This document shows positions 31,576-41,905 of a stretch of 64,000 nucleotides of DNA, in pieces. The notes under the pieces were generated by a model that worked only from the letters and a program-made list of their open reading frames with translations, made no database searches and had not been told where the DNA came from. The stretch is from Saccharofermentans sp. Its GTDB lineage: Bacteria; Bacillota; Clostridia; Saccharofermentanales; Saccharofermentanaceae. A program made the position numbers and the translations under genes. The stretch is taken from positions 56,138 to 120,137 of the forward strand of contig JAZSFQ010000046.1 of assembly GCA_045532275.1 (NCBI GenBank), read 5' to 3'. Position 1 is the stretch's first letter. Each line of letters begins with the position of its first letter.

Positions 31576-31672
31576 AAAATTCACCCTAAATGCCCCGATA
31601 TGCGGCCACTTCGGTGAACTTTTCGGAAAAACTCACCCTGCTGGCCTCAAAACAGGCCGTTTAGGGTGAAAA
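31576..31672. repeat. Two tandem 52-bp-period palindromic units (REP/MITE-like)
   Basis: TCACCCT at 31581 and 31633; GGTGAA at 31613 and 31665; outer inverted repeat TTCACCCTAAA / TTTAGGGTGAA. Confidence 0.7.
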
Positions 31673-31676
31673 TGAA

Positions 31677-32228
31677 TTACTTCATTTTCTTTACCAGGCT
31701 TAAGAATATGGATTCTATACCGCTCACGATAAAACAGATGCCTGAGAACACGATAATATTTCTCGTTCCCTTGAACGGATTGATCAGCAACGCTATGCCC
31801 GCAATGATCAATGCGATAGCAAGACCTAATAATATCAGGCTGTATGAGTTTTTCTTATTAAACAGAAAGATCTCCTGTCTGAGCTTAACGATACCATCGA
31901 TCAGGAAGAATATACCGACGATCGTCGCTAGGAGCTGCAATACGATTTCAGGTTTCAGGATAAAAAATATGCCTAATGCCATAATGCAGATCGAATATAC
32001 AAGAACGATCTCAGCGCCTGCGGCCTTGCCGTAGTTCTCTTCCCTGAACTGTTTTATCGAAATGATATAACCGATAACTTCAGACAGTCCTGCTACGAAA
32101 AGCACAACGCCAAAAAGGATACCGATAACTCCGGATGAGATCTCCGGAAACAGAAAAAGAAACACTCCGGAAATTATTGCGAAGATCCCGCCGATATATG
32201 AAGGCAATCTTTTATTCTTTGAATCCAT
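31677..32228 (-). CDS. DUF308/HdeD-family membrane protein
   Basis: Six short TM helices in two repeats (GVFLFLFPE / GIFFILKPE; ALLINPF); start moved to MDSKNK. Confidence 0.75.
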   Translation of the reverse strand: MDSKNKRLPSYIGGIFAIISGVFLFLFPEISSGVIGILFGVVLFVAGLSEVIGYIISIKQFREENYGKAAGAEIVLVYSICIMALGIFFILKPEIVLQLLATIVGIFFLIDGIVKLRQEIFLFNKKNSYSLILLGLAIALIIAGIALLINPFKGTRNIIVFSGICFIVSGIESIFLSLVKKMK

Positions 32229-32244
32229 ATCCTGCCCTCGATCA

Positions 32245-32910
32245 TTAATAACCCGGCTTGAAAATCGTAAAGACAAAATCCTTGCCGCGTGCGATAAATT
32301 CCCTGTAGTAATTATACTCCCTGATATCATATCCTGAATTGATAGCGTTTACACCTACAGATTCGATGCCCATCTTATGGCTGTCGTAAACAGATCTCGC
32401 GCAATGAAATTCAGTCGTTACGACAACAGCGGTCTTTATACCGAAGACCTTAACAGCCCTGAGCATAGTCTCATAAGTCGAAAGGCCTAAAGGATCACAT
32501 ACGATGTCATCGGAATCGATCCCTTCAGCGATCAGAAACGCCTTCATTACGCCTGTCTCATCGTATTTCTCAGGTTCTTGGCTGTCACCGCTTACCAGAA
32601 CATAATCTGCGCATCCGGTCTTGTAAACTGAAGCAGCTGTCCTTAGCCGGTCTGCGAGCATAGGACTTGCAGTATCATTCCAAACAGCACACCCCAATAC
32701 AATTACTGCATCATAATGCTTATCTGAAGAGACTTCACCTGCCACAAAGCTGTCGAGCGAATAAAGATAACCTTCGGTGCTCTTTTCAACATGCCGATTG
32801 AATATCTGGAGCAGAAGAACTCCCAAGAAAAACAATAATGACAGTGTGAGAAAGATCTTCAGAAAGACCCGTGTCTTTTTATCTGTTTTTTTCTTTTCCG
32901 GATTCTTCAT
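32245..32910 (-). CDS. SanA/YdcF (DUF218) family protein
   Basis: N-terminal TM, IVLGCAV, LADRL, VSGD, STYET, VVTTEFHCARS. Confidence 0.85.
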   Translation of the reverse strand: MKNPEKKKTDKKTRVFLKIFLTLSLLFFLGVLLLQIFNRHVEKSTEGYLYSLDSFVAGEVSSDKHYDAVIVLGCAVWNDTASPMLADRLRTAASVYKTGCADYVLVSGDSQEPEKYDETGVMKAFLIAEGIDSDDIVCDPLGLSTYETMLRAVKVFGIKTAVVVTTEFHCARSVYDSHKMGIESVGVNAINSGYDIREYNYYREFIARGKDFVFTIFKPGY

Positions 32911-33220
32911 TCTTCATCTTTGCCTTTTCGGCCGCTTCTACTATGGATTTAGTCAGGAAATATATCATTCCTGCAGTTAAAATAAATACGACAAGAACAG
33001 TCAGATCGGATATAACCACGAAAGCTACGGGCAGCCCTTTCATGACAAGCGTGAAAAACAATACCAGTAACGCACCCGACACATAAACTCCGCAGCACGC
33101 ACGGTAGAAAGCTTTATACTTACCTGTGCAGAATCCGCTTTTCCCGACGAACAGATAGAAAAGTATTGCCAGCGACAATAAAGCAAAGGCAGCTGCTGTG
33201 ATCACCGCAGGCATATTCAT
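32879..33220 (-). CDS. Small hypothetical membrane protein
   Basis: 113 aa, three TM helices, ATGA overlap with the coaE stop. Confidence 0.65.
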   Translation of the reverse strand: MNMPAVITAAAFALLSLAILFYLFVGKSGFCTGKYKAFYRACCGVYVSGALLVLFFTLVMKGLPVAFVVISDLTVLVVFILTAGMIYFLTKSIVEAAEKAKMKNEESGKEKNR

Positions 33221-33822
33221 ATCCTGATACCTCTCTCATGAAGCTGCTCGCGGATAAGCACTTCAACCTTATCCTTAAGATCTTCAAGATCCCATGAATT
33301 ATCTATTGAATGATCGCCCAGCTCGCAATACTCGTCATCTGTCATCTGGACGGCGATCCTTCTTTCAGCCTCATCCTTATCCATTCCGCGCTTCTGAAGT
33401 CTCGCAAGGCGGACATCCTTATCGCAGGTGACGACCCATATCTGATTGCAGAGCTCGCGGAACTTATTCACCGGGATCGGGACGTCAAGAACAACACACT
33501 TGGAACCCTTTTCTTTCTCCTTCGCGAGAGTCTCTTCCATCTGCTCGAAAACATGTCTGTGGATGATAGAGCTTAAGTCATCGAGCTTTTTCTTGTCTCC
33601 GAAAGCAATATCGGACATAACGCGCCTGTTAAGAGCGCCGCTGCTTGTAACTACTTTATTTCCGAACGTCGCAGCGATCTCGGGCATTGCCCTTCCGCCT
33701 GCTGCAGTAACTGATCTTGATATTTCATCCGCATCAAGGACCAGAAGTCCCTTATCAGCAAGAATACTGCTGACAGTGCTCTTTCCGCTTCCGATTCCAC
33801 CTGTTATTCCCAATACAAACAT
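33217..33822 (-). CDS. coaE: Dephospho-CoA kinase
   Basis: GITGGIGSGKST, LDADEI, coupled to polA. Confidence 0.96.
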   Translation of the reverse strand: MFVLGITGGIGSGKSTVSSILADKGLLVLDADEISRSVTAAGGRAMPEIAATFGNKVVTSSGALNRRVMSDIAFGDKKKLDDLSSIIHRHVFEQMEETLAKEKEKGSKCVVLDVPIPVNKFRELCNQIWVVTCDKDVRLARLQKRGMDKDEAERRIAVQMTDDEYCELGDHSIDNSWDLEDLKDKVEVLIREQLHERGIRI

Positions 33823-36518
33823 TATTTAGCTTCCAGCCAGTCCTTTCCGAATCCTACCTCTGCAAGGAGCGGTACGCTGAGTTTTGCAGCAGCTTCCATC
33901 TCACTCTTAAGAATAGATGCGCAGAGGTCTTTGTCCTTAATGTCACATTCGCAGATAAGTTCATCGTGAACCTGCATTACAAGCTTTGCGGAAGGCAGCT
34001 GCTCTTCCAGTGCTTTGCTGACACGGTTCATCGCTATCTTGATGATATCTGCTGCAGTTCCCTGGATAGGAGTATTCATCGCTACCCTGTAACCGAAATT
34101 CTTTATATTCCTGTTCTGGCTCTTAAGCTCGTTAAGGATGCGCTTTCTGCCGTACATCGTTACTGCAAAGCCTTTTTCCTCACCGGTCTTTCTTAAGTTC
34201 TCCAGATAAGAAGTTACACCAGGGAACTGGTTGCCGTATTCCTTTATAAGCTCAGCGGCTTCCTTATATCCGATACCGAGATCCTGGGCAAGGCCGTAAT
34301 CTGATATGCCGTAGATGATACTGAAGTTAACTGTTTTCGCAGTAGCACGCATCTTATGCGTTACCATCTCTTCTGATACGCCGAAAACCTTAGCCGCTGT
34401 TCTCTTATGGATATCTTCACCGTCACGGAAGGCGGAACACATTACTTCATCACCGCTCAAAGCAGCAAGAAGCCTTAATTCGATCTGTGAATAGTCGGCA
34501 TCGACAAGTATCTTTCCCTCTTCAGCAGTAAACGCCTCACGGAGACGCGATCCTTCATCAGTCCTTACCGGAATGTTCTGAAGATTAGGCTCAGTGGATG
34601 AAAGCCTTCCGGTATTGGTCATCGCCTGCGTAAATGTCGTATGAATTCTCGAATCGCTTCCGATAGCACGGGCAAGTCCCAGAGCATATGTGGAATCGAG
34701 CTTTGATAATTCACGATACTTGATAATGTAATCGATGGCAGGAGACATATGTCTTAATCTGTTAAGCTCATCGATACCGGTCGAGAATTCGCCGCTCTTT
34801 CCCTTCTTGCCGGAAGGAAGACCTAGGAATTTCTCGCCGTAAAGAACTTCACCGAGCTGCTTTGTTGATAAGATATTGAACTCTTTTCCGCAGATGTCAT
34901 AAACCCTTGCGCCAATATCTTCAAGGCGCTTTGTATATTCGCTGTGCAGCTCGAAAAGCTTTTCGCCCGACACATGCATGCCGTTTCGTTCGATCTTATC
35001 GAGCGTTATTACCAGCGGGAATTCAATATCATACAAGAGCTTCTTAAGTTCATTCTCATTGTTTAGATCTCTTGATATGATTTTTGCTACAGCCATAACG
35101 GTCAGGAGCTTTTCGGCACATTCAGAGACCTTCGAAGAACCATCGTCTTCAACCGGCACGTCAAATATGGACATCTGCTGATAATCGGCTTTCTTCTCTT
35201 CAACGGGGTATGCGGATTTTATGACGCTCTCGTAAAGTCTTTGCAGATCGGGCTTTCCCGAAAGGATGTTAAGTACATAACCTGCTATCTCGCAGTCAAA
35301 TACGGAACTGATACCTGCGAGAGGTTCTTTAATAAGCTTCGATCTGTCCTTATAGCTGTATGCAGCAGGAAAAACATTCTTTCCTGAACTCAGCTTATTA
35401 AACTCATCAGGGCTGATTACATAAGCCGTCTTGTCTTTCCAGTCAAGAAGCAAAACTTTATTGCCTGACGGAATATCAACGAAATCGATACCGCAGTTAA
35501 GATCATCGAAATCAAAAGATGCAGGCACTTCATACTTAACTGAAATGCCATTCTTAAGAGCAGCCTGAACTTCAGAAGAGATTCCGCTTACGAATTCGTC
35601 AGCTTCTTCCGAAGGTTCGAATCCTGCAGGTTTAACATTCTCCAGATCCAGTTTCTTAATGAGAGATCTTAATGCCAGACGGTTGAGCATGCCGGACATT
35701 GCGGGAAGATCTCTTGAAGCCGAAGGATATGAAGTCCCGTCAACACCGAACTCAACAGGACTCTGCCTGTCGATCGTGCAGAGTTTAATATTCAGATCGA
35801 GCAGCTCGCGTGAAGCCTTGATCCTCTCGCTTAATGCAGGAGATAATTTGTCTGCATTCTCAAAAACTCCATCGCACGAACCGTAATCTGCAATAAGCTT
35901 AAAAGCTGTCTTCTCGCCAACTTTTTCAACACCCTTGATGTTATCGGAGTTATCTCCCATAAGAGCCTTAACCTGTACGAATACTTCAGGCTTTACCCCG
36001 TATGTGTCTTCGAACATCTTTCTGTCAAAGAGCACTCTCGGTTCCTTACCTTTACCGGACTGCGGCATGATGACGGAGACCTTATCGGAGATAAGCTGAA
36101 AATCATCATGGTCACCGCTGAAGATATAGACATTCATTCCCTGCTCTTCGCCCTGTTTAGACAGGGTTCCGATAAGGTCATCAGCCTCATAGCCGGCGAG
36201 TTCCATACGTTTGATACCATACAGATCCAGCAGATTCTTAACAACAGGCATCTGGGCAGCCATATCGTCAGGCATACCCTTACGGTTAGCCTTATATTCA
36301 GTGCTCATCTTATGTCTGAACGTGGGCTCTCTCCTGTCGAAAAGAACACACATGTAATCAGGCTCATATTCTTTCATGACACCCAGAACAGAATTGAAGA
36401 AACCGTTTACGGCGCCTGTAGGTGTGCCGTCGGGAGCTGTCATGGGAGCTCTGCCGATCACGGCATAGTAAGCTCTGTTTATAATGGAATTTCCGTCAAC
36501 TAAAAGGAGTGTGCTCAT
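33822..36518 (-). CDS. polA: DNA polymerase I
   Basis: 5'-3' exonuclease (DGNSIINRAYYA, GYEADD), polymerase motifs DYSQIELR, AKTVNFSIIYG, QVHDEL. Confidence 0.98.
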   Translation of the reverse strand: MSTLLLVDGNSIINRAYYAVIGRAPMTAPDGTPTGAVNGFFNSVLGVMKEYEPDYMCVLFDRREPTFRHKMSTEYKANRKGMPDDMAAQMPVVKNLLDLYGIKRMELAGYEADDLIGTLSKQGEEQGMNVYIFSGDHDDFQLISDKVSVIMPQSGKGKEPRVLFDRKMFEDTYGVKPEVFVQVKALMGDNSDNIKGVEKVGEKTAFKLIADYGSCDGVFENADKLSPALSERIKASRELLDLNIKLCTIDRQSPVEFGVDGTSYPSASRDLPAMSGMLNRLALRSLIKKLDLENVKPAGFEPSEEADEFVSGISSEVQAALKNGISVKYEVPASFDFDDLNCGIDFVDIPSGNKVLLLDWKDKTAYVISPDEFNKLSSGKNVFPAAYSYKDRSKLIKEPLAGISSVFDCEIAGYVLNILSGKPDLQRLYESVIKSAYPVEEKKADYQQMSIFDVPVEDDGSSKVSECAEKLLTVMAVAKIISRDLNNENELKKLLYDIEFPLVITLDKIERNGMHVSGEKLFELHSEYTKRLEDIGARVYDICGKEFNILSTKQLGEVLYGEKFLGLPSGKKGKSGEFSTGIDELNRLRHMSPAIDYIIKYRELSKLDSTYALGLARAIGSDSRIHTTFTQAMTNTGRLSSTEPNLQNIPVRTDEGSRLREAFTAEEGKILVDADYSQIELRLLAALSGDEVMCSAFRDGEDIHKRTAAKVFGVSEEMVTHKMRATAKTVNFSIIYGISDYGLAQDLGIGYKEAAELIKEYGNQFPGVTSYLENLRKTGEEKGFAVTMYGRKRILNELKSQNRNIKNFGYRVAMNTPIQGTAADIIKIAMNRVSKALEEQLPSAKLVMQVHDELICECDIKDKDLCASILKSEMEAAAKLSVPLLAEVGFGKDWLEAK

Positions 36519-36529
36519 AAGGAGTCCTC

Positions 36530-39500
36530 TTAAGCTTTCTTCTTTTCTTCTTCGATCTCCTGCTCCCTGACTGCACGCGCTGTGCTGATCATGAGCTTGA
36601 TCCTGTTAAGCTGGTTAGCTTCGGATGCGCCCGGATCATAGTCGATTGGAACAATATTCGAAGTAGGATACTGTCTTCTCAATTCCTTGATCATACCCTT
36701 GCCGGTTACGTGGTTAGGAAGACATGCGAAAGGCTGCGCGCAGATGATATTCGGTACGCCGTCCTGGATAAGCTCGATCATCTCCGCAGTAAGGAACCAT
36801 CCTTCACCGCAGGAATTGCCGCAGCTCAATACCGTAGAAGACTTCTCTGCAAGTTCCTGGATCCTCTCGGTCAGCATGAACTTGCCGTTCGTCTTAGCGA
36901 ATTCCCTATTAATTGGCTTTCTGAGCGATTCAAGGAATCTGATAGCAGTCTTCATGATATAACCGGTCTTCTTGCTCTTACCGAGGTTCTGAGCCTGCCA
37001 GAGCGGGTTATAAGCGCAGTATAGGAAGAAATCCAATACTCCGGGCAATACAGCTTCGCAGCCTTCTGCTTCAATGACATCGATCGCATTATTATTTGCG
37101 TCAGGCTGGAACTTAACAAGGATCTCGCCGACAAGACCGACTCTGGGTTTTCTGGGAATATCAGCCAAAGGCAGGCTATCGAACTTTGCAACTGCGAACT
37201 TAACGAATTCCTTATATTTTGTGATGACCGGAGGATTTTCAAGATCAACGCCGATCGAAGCAAGGCAGTCTCTGATTGCCTTTTTCTCTTCGAGGGATCT
37301 TGAGAAATAGCTGTTGGGCATCATGACATCATATCTGTCAGTAAGATGATCATTAACTTCCTTAAGATTAAACAGTTTTCTGCCGATCCTGTTGATGTAT
37401 GAATAAAGCGCATTTGCAGAACCCGGAACCTTCTCATAAGGCCTTACTCTCAAGAGAAGCGTTGATACCATGTCACCTGCGCACAAAGCCTTAATGGCAT
37501 CGAGAAGGAATGAGACAGTATATTCGAACCCTTCATTCTTCTCGAATCTCTGTGCAGAAATAGTAATAACAGGGATCTGCGGATAACCTGCCTCTTTAAG
37601 GGCTTTTCGCAGGAAAGCAACGTAGTTTGTCGCACGGCATCCGCCGCCTGTCTGTGTTATTGCAAGCGTTGTGTTATCCGGATCAATATCCCCCTTTAAT
37701 ATCGCATTGATCATCTGTCCGACAACGATAAGCGTCGGGAAACATGCATCGTTATTTACATACTTGAGGCCGCATTCTATATCTTCTCTCGTGGCCTGCT
37801 TTAAGAGCTTAAGCTTATATCCGTGCTTATGGAAAACAGACTCCACAAACTCGAACTGTATAGGAGCCATCTGAGGAGCGAGGATCGTGTGATTCTTCTT
37901 GTGTTCTTTTGTAAACTCAACTCTTTTTACCGTGTAAGGAGCATCATCTGAATTGGGATTAACCGCCGGTGAACCTTTCTCAGCCTCGAGTTCCAGACGC
38001 TCATTCATTGCAACGACAAGAGATCTCATTCTGATCCTTGCGGCACCGAGGTTACTTACTTCATCGATCTTAAGAAGCGTATAGAGCTTACCTGAAGATT
38101 CAAGGATCTCCTGAACCTGGTCAGAAGTGACTGCATCAAGGCCGCAGCCGAAACTCGTAAGCTGAACGAGTTCGAGATCAGGTCTGGTGATAACGAATGC
38201 AGCAGCTTCATAAAGTCTCGTGTGGTACATCCACTGATCGATGACTCTGATAGGACGCTTTAATACACCGGGCTTAGCGACAGCATCTTCAGTAAGGACA
38301 GCAAGTCCGAGAGAGTTGATCATTTGCGGAATACCATGGTTGATCTCAGGATCGCAATGATAAGGTCTGCCTGCAAGAACTATACCCTTGAGGCCCTTTT
38401 CCTCCATCTCTTTTAAGATCTCTCTGCCCTTAGCCTTGATGTCCTCCTTGTACTTGAAATATTCTTCCGCGCCAGCCTGTACGGCCTGTTTTGCTTCTTC
38501 AGCAGAGACACCGAGATAATCGAAGCATTCCGTAAGATGCAGAGCGACATTATCAAGATTATCCAAAGGCATGAAAGGATTTAAGTATCTAATGTTCTTT
38601 TCGAGCAGGTTCTCAACGTTATTTCGGATAACTTCCGGATAAGAGCATACTATCGGGCAGTTATAATGGTTATTTGAATTATCATTCTCGATATTCTCGT
38701 AAGGAACATCAGGATAGAAGATCGTAGTAATGCCGCGGTCAATGAGGTTTTCAATGTGACCGTGGGCAAGCTTTGCCGGATAACATACGGACTCTGAGGG
38801 TATAGTTTCCATTCCGCCTTCATAGATCTTATGTGAAGATCTAGCGGATACGAGTACCCTGAATCCGAGCTTTGTAAGTACCGTAAACCAGAAAGGATAA
38901 TTCTCATACTGATTTAAGACTCTCGGAATACCAATCTCTCCTCTTGGAGCGTCTTCAAGCTTCAAAGGCTTATAGTAGCTGAAAGTCCTCGAATATTTAT
39001 AATCGAAAAGATTCGGAAGCTTCTTTTTATCATTGACTGGTTCCCTGTCCAATGCCAGATCCTCGCCTCTCTCGCAGCGGTTGCCTGATACGAATTTCGT
39101 ACCGTTCGAGAAAGTCGCGATCGTAAGCCTGCAGTGATTAGTGCAGCCCTGACACTGGGTATTCTCCGTATCCATCGAAAATGAATCAAGCTCATCCTTG
39201 GCAAGAACAGCTGATTTGGAACCTTCTTTGCATCTTCTCTGTGCGATAAGAGCCGCACCGAATGCACCCATAAGTCCAGCGACATTAGGTCTGATAACAT
39301 TTCTTCCGGATACGAGCTCAAAGCATCTTAAGATAGCGTCATTAAGGAACGTACCGCCCTGAACGACGATATTCTTTCCGAGCTGTTCGGTGTCGCGGAT
39401 CTTGATTACTTTATAGAGCGCATTTCTGACTACGGAATATGAAAGACCTGCGGAGATATCACCGACTGAAGCGCCTTCCTTCTGAGCCTGCTTAACCTTT

Positions 39501-40966
39501 GAATTCATGAATACCGTGCAGCGCGTACCGAGGTCTACAGGCTTTGTCGAACTTAATGCAGCTTCAGCAAATTCAGGCGTTGTAAGCCCGAGTGTCTGTG
39601 CGAAAGTCTGGATGAAAGATCCGCAGCCTGAAGAACATGCCTCATTGAGCATGATGGAATCGATAACTCCGTTCCTGATCTTCATGCACTTCATGTCCTG
39701 TCCGCCGATATCGATGATGAAATCAACATCGGGACAGAAGAACTTTGCTGACTGGAAGTGAGCCATTGTCTCGATCTCGCCGATATCGATATTAAGTGCG
39801 GCTTTGATAATGTTTTCACCGTATCCGGTAACACATGAATGCGCAAGATAGCAGTCTTCCGGCATCTTTGAATAGATGTCCTTCATAATGGTGACTGCGC
39901 TCATAACCGGATTACCCTTATTGCTTGCGTAATATGTATATACGAGGTCACCCTGCTTGTTGATTACAACAGCTTTTGTAGTCGTAGAACCTGCATCAAC
40001 GCCGAGATACAGAGCACCGTGCTGGTCCTTTATATCCAGAACGGGAATATAGTCTTTCTTATGACGCTCGTCAAAAGCAGCCTTATCTTCCTTATCCTTG
40101 AAGATCGGATCGATCCTGATGATATCCGGAACGAAGCCTTCCCTGTTCTTAAGCTTTACGAGAAGATCTGAAAGATTGACGGGATTCTTTCCGTCAGCAG
40201 ACAGAGCGGCACCCAAGGCAACATAGATCTGGGCTTCTTCAGGCATCCAGAACGAATCGACCTTATCCTTCAATGTCCGCTCGAAAGCATTTCTGAGCTC
40301 GGAATTAAAGAACAGCGGACCGCCTAAGAATGTAACGTTGCCTTTTATCGGTCTGCCGCAAGCAAGACCTGATATGGTCTGGTTAACTACAGACTGATAG
40401 ATTGAAGCAGCAAGGTCTTCCTTGGCAGCGCCCTCGTTGATGAGCGGCTGCAGATCCGACTTTGCAAAAACGCCGCATCGGCTTGCGATAGTATAAAGTG
40501 ATCTGTAATCCTTTGCGAAATTATTAAGTCCGTCAGCGTCTGTCTGAAGGAGCGATGCCATCTGGTCGATGAAAGAACCCGTACCGCCGGCGCAGGTTCC
40601 GTTCATACGCTGCTCGAGTACAGGATGCATATAAGTTATCTTGGCATCCTCGCCGCCGAGTTCGATGATAACATCAGTCTCAGGGTGATATGTCTTGATA
40701 GCCTGTGTCTCGGCCATAACTTCCTGCGTGAACTTGAATCCGAGCCAGTTGGCAACGGAAAGTCCGCCTGAACCGGTAATAACGACATCAACGTTGATCC
40801 CGGGGAACTTGTTGTTAAGATCTTCAAAAAGGTCATTCAGAAGTCCCGATACATCTGAATGATGTCTCTGATAATCACTGTGTATTATCTTCTCGCCGTC
40901 GAGAAGAACCACTTTAATGGTTGTAGATCCGATATCAAGACCGAGCTTGTATACCTTGTCCATCAC
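36530..40966 (-). CDS. 2-hydroxyacyl-CoA dehydratase activator-type multidomain protein (two BadF/BadG ATPase domains plus DUF2229/dehydratase-like domains)
   Basis: GLDIGSTT and GVDAGSTT; CAGGTGSF and CSSGCGSF; SESVCYPAK, SFGCG, NDACFP, PFACLPNH. Confidence 0.88.
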   Translation of the reverse strand: MMDKVYKLGLDIGSTTIKVVLLDGEKIIHSDYQRHHSDVSGLLNDLFEDLNNKFPGINVDVVITGSGGLSVANWLGFKFTQEVMAETQAIKTYHPETDVIIELGGEDAKITYMHPVLEQRMNGTCAGGTGSFIDQMASLLQTDADGLNNFAKDYRSLYTIASRCGVFAKSDLQPLINEGAAKEDLAASIYQSVVNQTISGLACGRPIKGNVTFLGGPLFFNSELRNAFERTLKDKVDSFWMPEEAQIYVALGAALSADGKNPVNLSDLLVKLKNREGFVPDIIRIDPIFKDKEDKAAFDERHKKDYIPVLDIKDQHGALYLGVDAGSTTTKAVVINKQGDLVYTYYASNKGNPVMSAVTIMKDIYSKMPEDCYLAHSCVTGYGENIIKAALNIDIGEIETMAHFQSAKFFCPDVDFIIDIGGQDMKCMKIRNGVIDSIMLNEACSSGCGSFIQTFAQTLGLTTPEFAEAALSSTKPVDLGTRCTVFMNSKVKQAQKEGASVGDISAGLSYSVVRNALYKVIKIRDTEQLGKNIVVQGGTFLNDAILRCFELVSGRNVIRPNVAGLMGAFGAALIAQRRCKEGSKSAVLAKDELDSFSMDTENTQCQGCTNHCRLTIATFSNGTKFVSGNRCERGEDLALDREPVNDKKKLPNLFDYKYSRTFSYYKPLKLEDAPRGEIGIPRVLNQYENYPFWFTVLTKLGFRVLVSARSSHKIYEGGMETIPSESVCYPAKLAHGHIENLIDRGITTIFYPDVPYENIENDNSNNHYNCPIVCSYPEVIRNNVENLLEKNIRYLNPFMPLDNLDNVALHLTECFDYLGVSAEEAKQAVQAGAEEYFKYKEDIKAKGREILKEMEEKGLKGIVLAGRPYHCDPEINHGIPQMINSLGLAVLTEDAVAKPGVLKRPIRVIDQWMYHTRLYEAAAFVITRPDLELVQLTSFGCGLDAVTSDQVQEILESSGKLYTLLKIDEVSNLGAARIRMRSLVVAMNERLELEAEKGSPAVNPNSDDAPYTVKRVEFTKEHKKNHTILAPQMAPIQFEFVESVFHKHGYKLKLLKQATREDIECGLKYVNNDACFPTLIVVGQMINAILKGDIDPDNTTLAITQTGGGCRATNYVAFLRKALKEAGYPQIPVITISAQRFEKNEGFEYTVSFLLDAIKALCAGDMVSTLLLRVRPYEKVPGSANALYSYINRIGRKLFNLKEVNDHLTDRYDVMMPNSYFSRSLEEKKAIRDCLASIGVDLENPPVITKYKEFVKFAVAKFDSLPLADIPRKPRVGLVGEILVKFQPDANNNAIDVIEAEGCEAVLPGVLDFFLYCAYNPLWQAQNLGKSKKTGYIMKTAIRFLESLRKPINREFAKTNGKFMLTERIQELAEKSSTVLSCGNSCGEGWFLTAEMIELIQDGVPNIICAQPFACLPNHVTGKGMIKELRRQYPTSNIVPIDYDPGASEANQLNRIKLMISTARAVREQEIEEEKKKA

Positions 40967-40983
40967 TTGACCTCCAAGTTGGT

Positions 40984-41742
40984 TTATCTGTTTGCATTCG
41001 GCGTACCCTTAGGCTGAGCCGATTTACGGACCACATTATTACCCGAATTTATGTGGTTCTTGAAATTGGAGCCGGAATTGCGGCTCTTTGTTGTTTTCTT
41101 ACGTGAAGGAATTGAACCGAAGAGCTTAAAGGATTTATCCTTAAGATCTTTGAGCCAGTTCATCTGTTCTGCTCTTAATGCCTCTTTGAAGTTCCTGGTA
41201 TCAAGACTCTGCTTGAATTCAGAGCACAAAGAAACGCGCAAAAGCTCGTCGGGAATTCCCAAAGACAGATCAAAGGGCTTTCCGAAGGAATCCTTTACCT
41301 CAAGCTGCAGAGATTCACATATCTTCCTGCAGTTCTCTTCATAGAGCTCCACACCGCATTTAATGCCTAGCTGTGTCATTAATCCCGTAAAATTCAGCGT
41401 AATATACGGAAGATTGCTCGAAAAGATCAGATGAAGGCAGATAAGCTTCATATATGACTCAAGGCATATGCATTCCTGGTCGCATATAAGCGTATACTCG
41501 CCTTCCGTGGTCATTTTCGAGATATCAGCCTTCTCATTCTCAAAGCCGTTCGCCCATAAGAAATAGAGCTCCCTGTAGACGTCCTTCTTAAAAGCTTCAA
41601 AATCACGGGTCAACGGCTCTGCAAGAACATTGTTCCCGAGATTAAAAACATATTGCATATATGACACTTCAAGATAGCTCGGAACCGAGAAATACTTGAA
41701 GTAAGCCGCTACATCACGGCTGTTGTATATGTATTTGCGCAA
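40984..41742 (-). CDS. Hypothetical protein
   Basis: Probable TTG start at 41742 with an AGGAG RBS (MRKYIYNSRDVAAYF...); basic, disordered C-terminal tail. Confidence 0.65.
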   Translation of the reverse strand: MRKYIYNSRDVAAYFKYFSVPSYLEVSYMQYVFNLGNNVLAEPLTRDFEAFKKDVYRELYFLWANGFENEKADISKMTTEGEYTLICDQECICLESYMKLICLHLIFSSNLPYITLNFTGLMTQLGIKCGVELYEENCRKICESLQLEVKDSFGKPFDLSLGIPDELLRVSLCSEFKQSLDTRNFKEALRAEQMNWLKDLKDKSFKLFGSIPSRKKTTKSRNSGSNFKNHINSGNNVVRKSAQPKGTPNANR

Positions 41743-41869
41743 TAGAAATCTCCTGTCCGCACTTTTTCGCAAAATAAATCAGTATGGATTATAGCATAAA
41801 CAGGATAATATACTTATTAAAAATATAAAGAGGTTTACGGCAATAACACTTTTCAGTCATCTGTCTGCA

Positions 41870-41905
41870 GTCGACGAAAAGTCGACGGAAAAGACCTTTT
41901 TCGTC
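41870..41905. repeat. 11-bp direct repeat forming a terminator-like hairpin downstream of uppP
   Basis: GTCGACGAAAA GTCGACGGAAAA, with hairpin GACGGAAAA-GACC-TTTTTCGTC (41884-41905). Confidence 0.5.

Noticed and set aside
31576-31672. Possible mini-CRISPR array
   Set aside because: Only two units, conserved parts are 6-7 nt, and no cas genes or leader are present.
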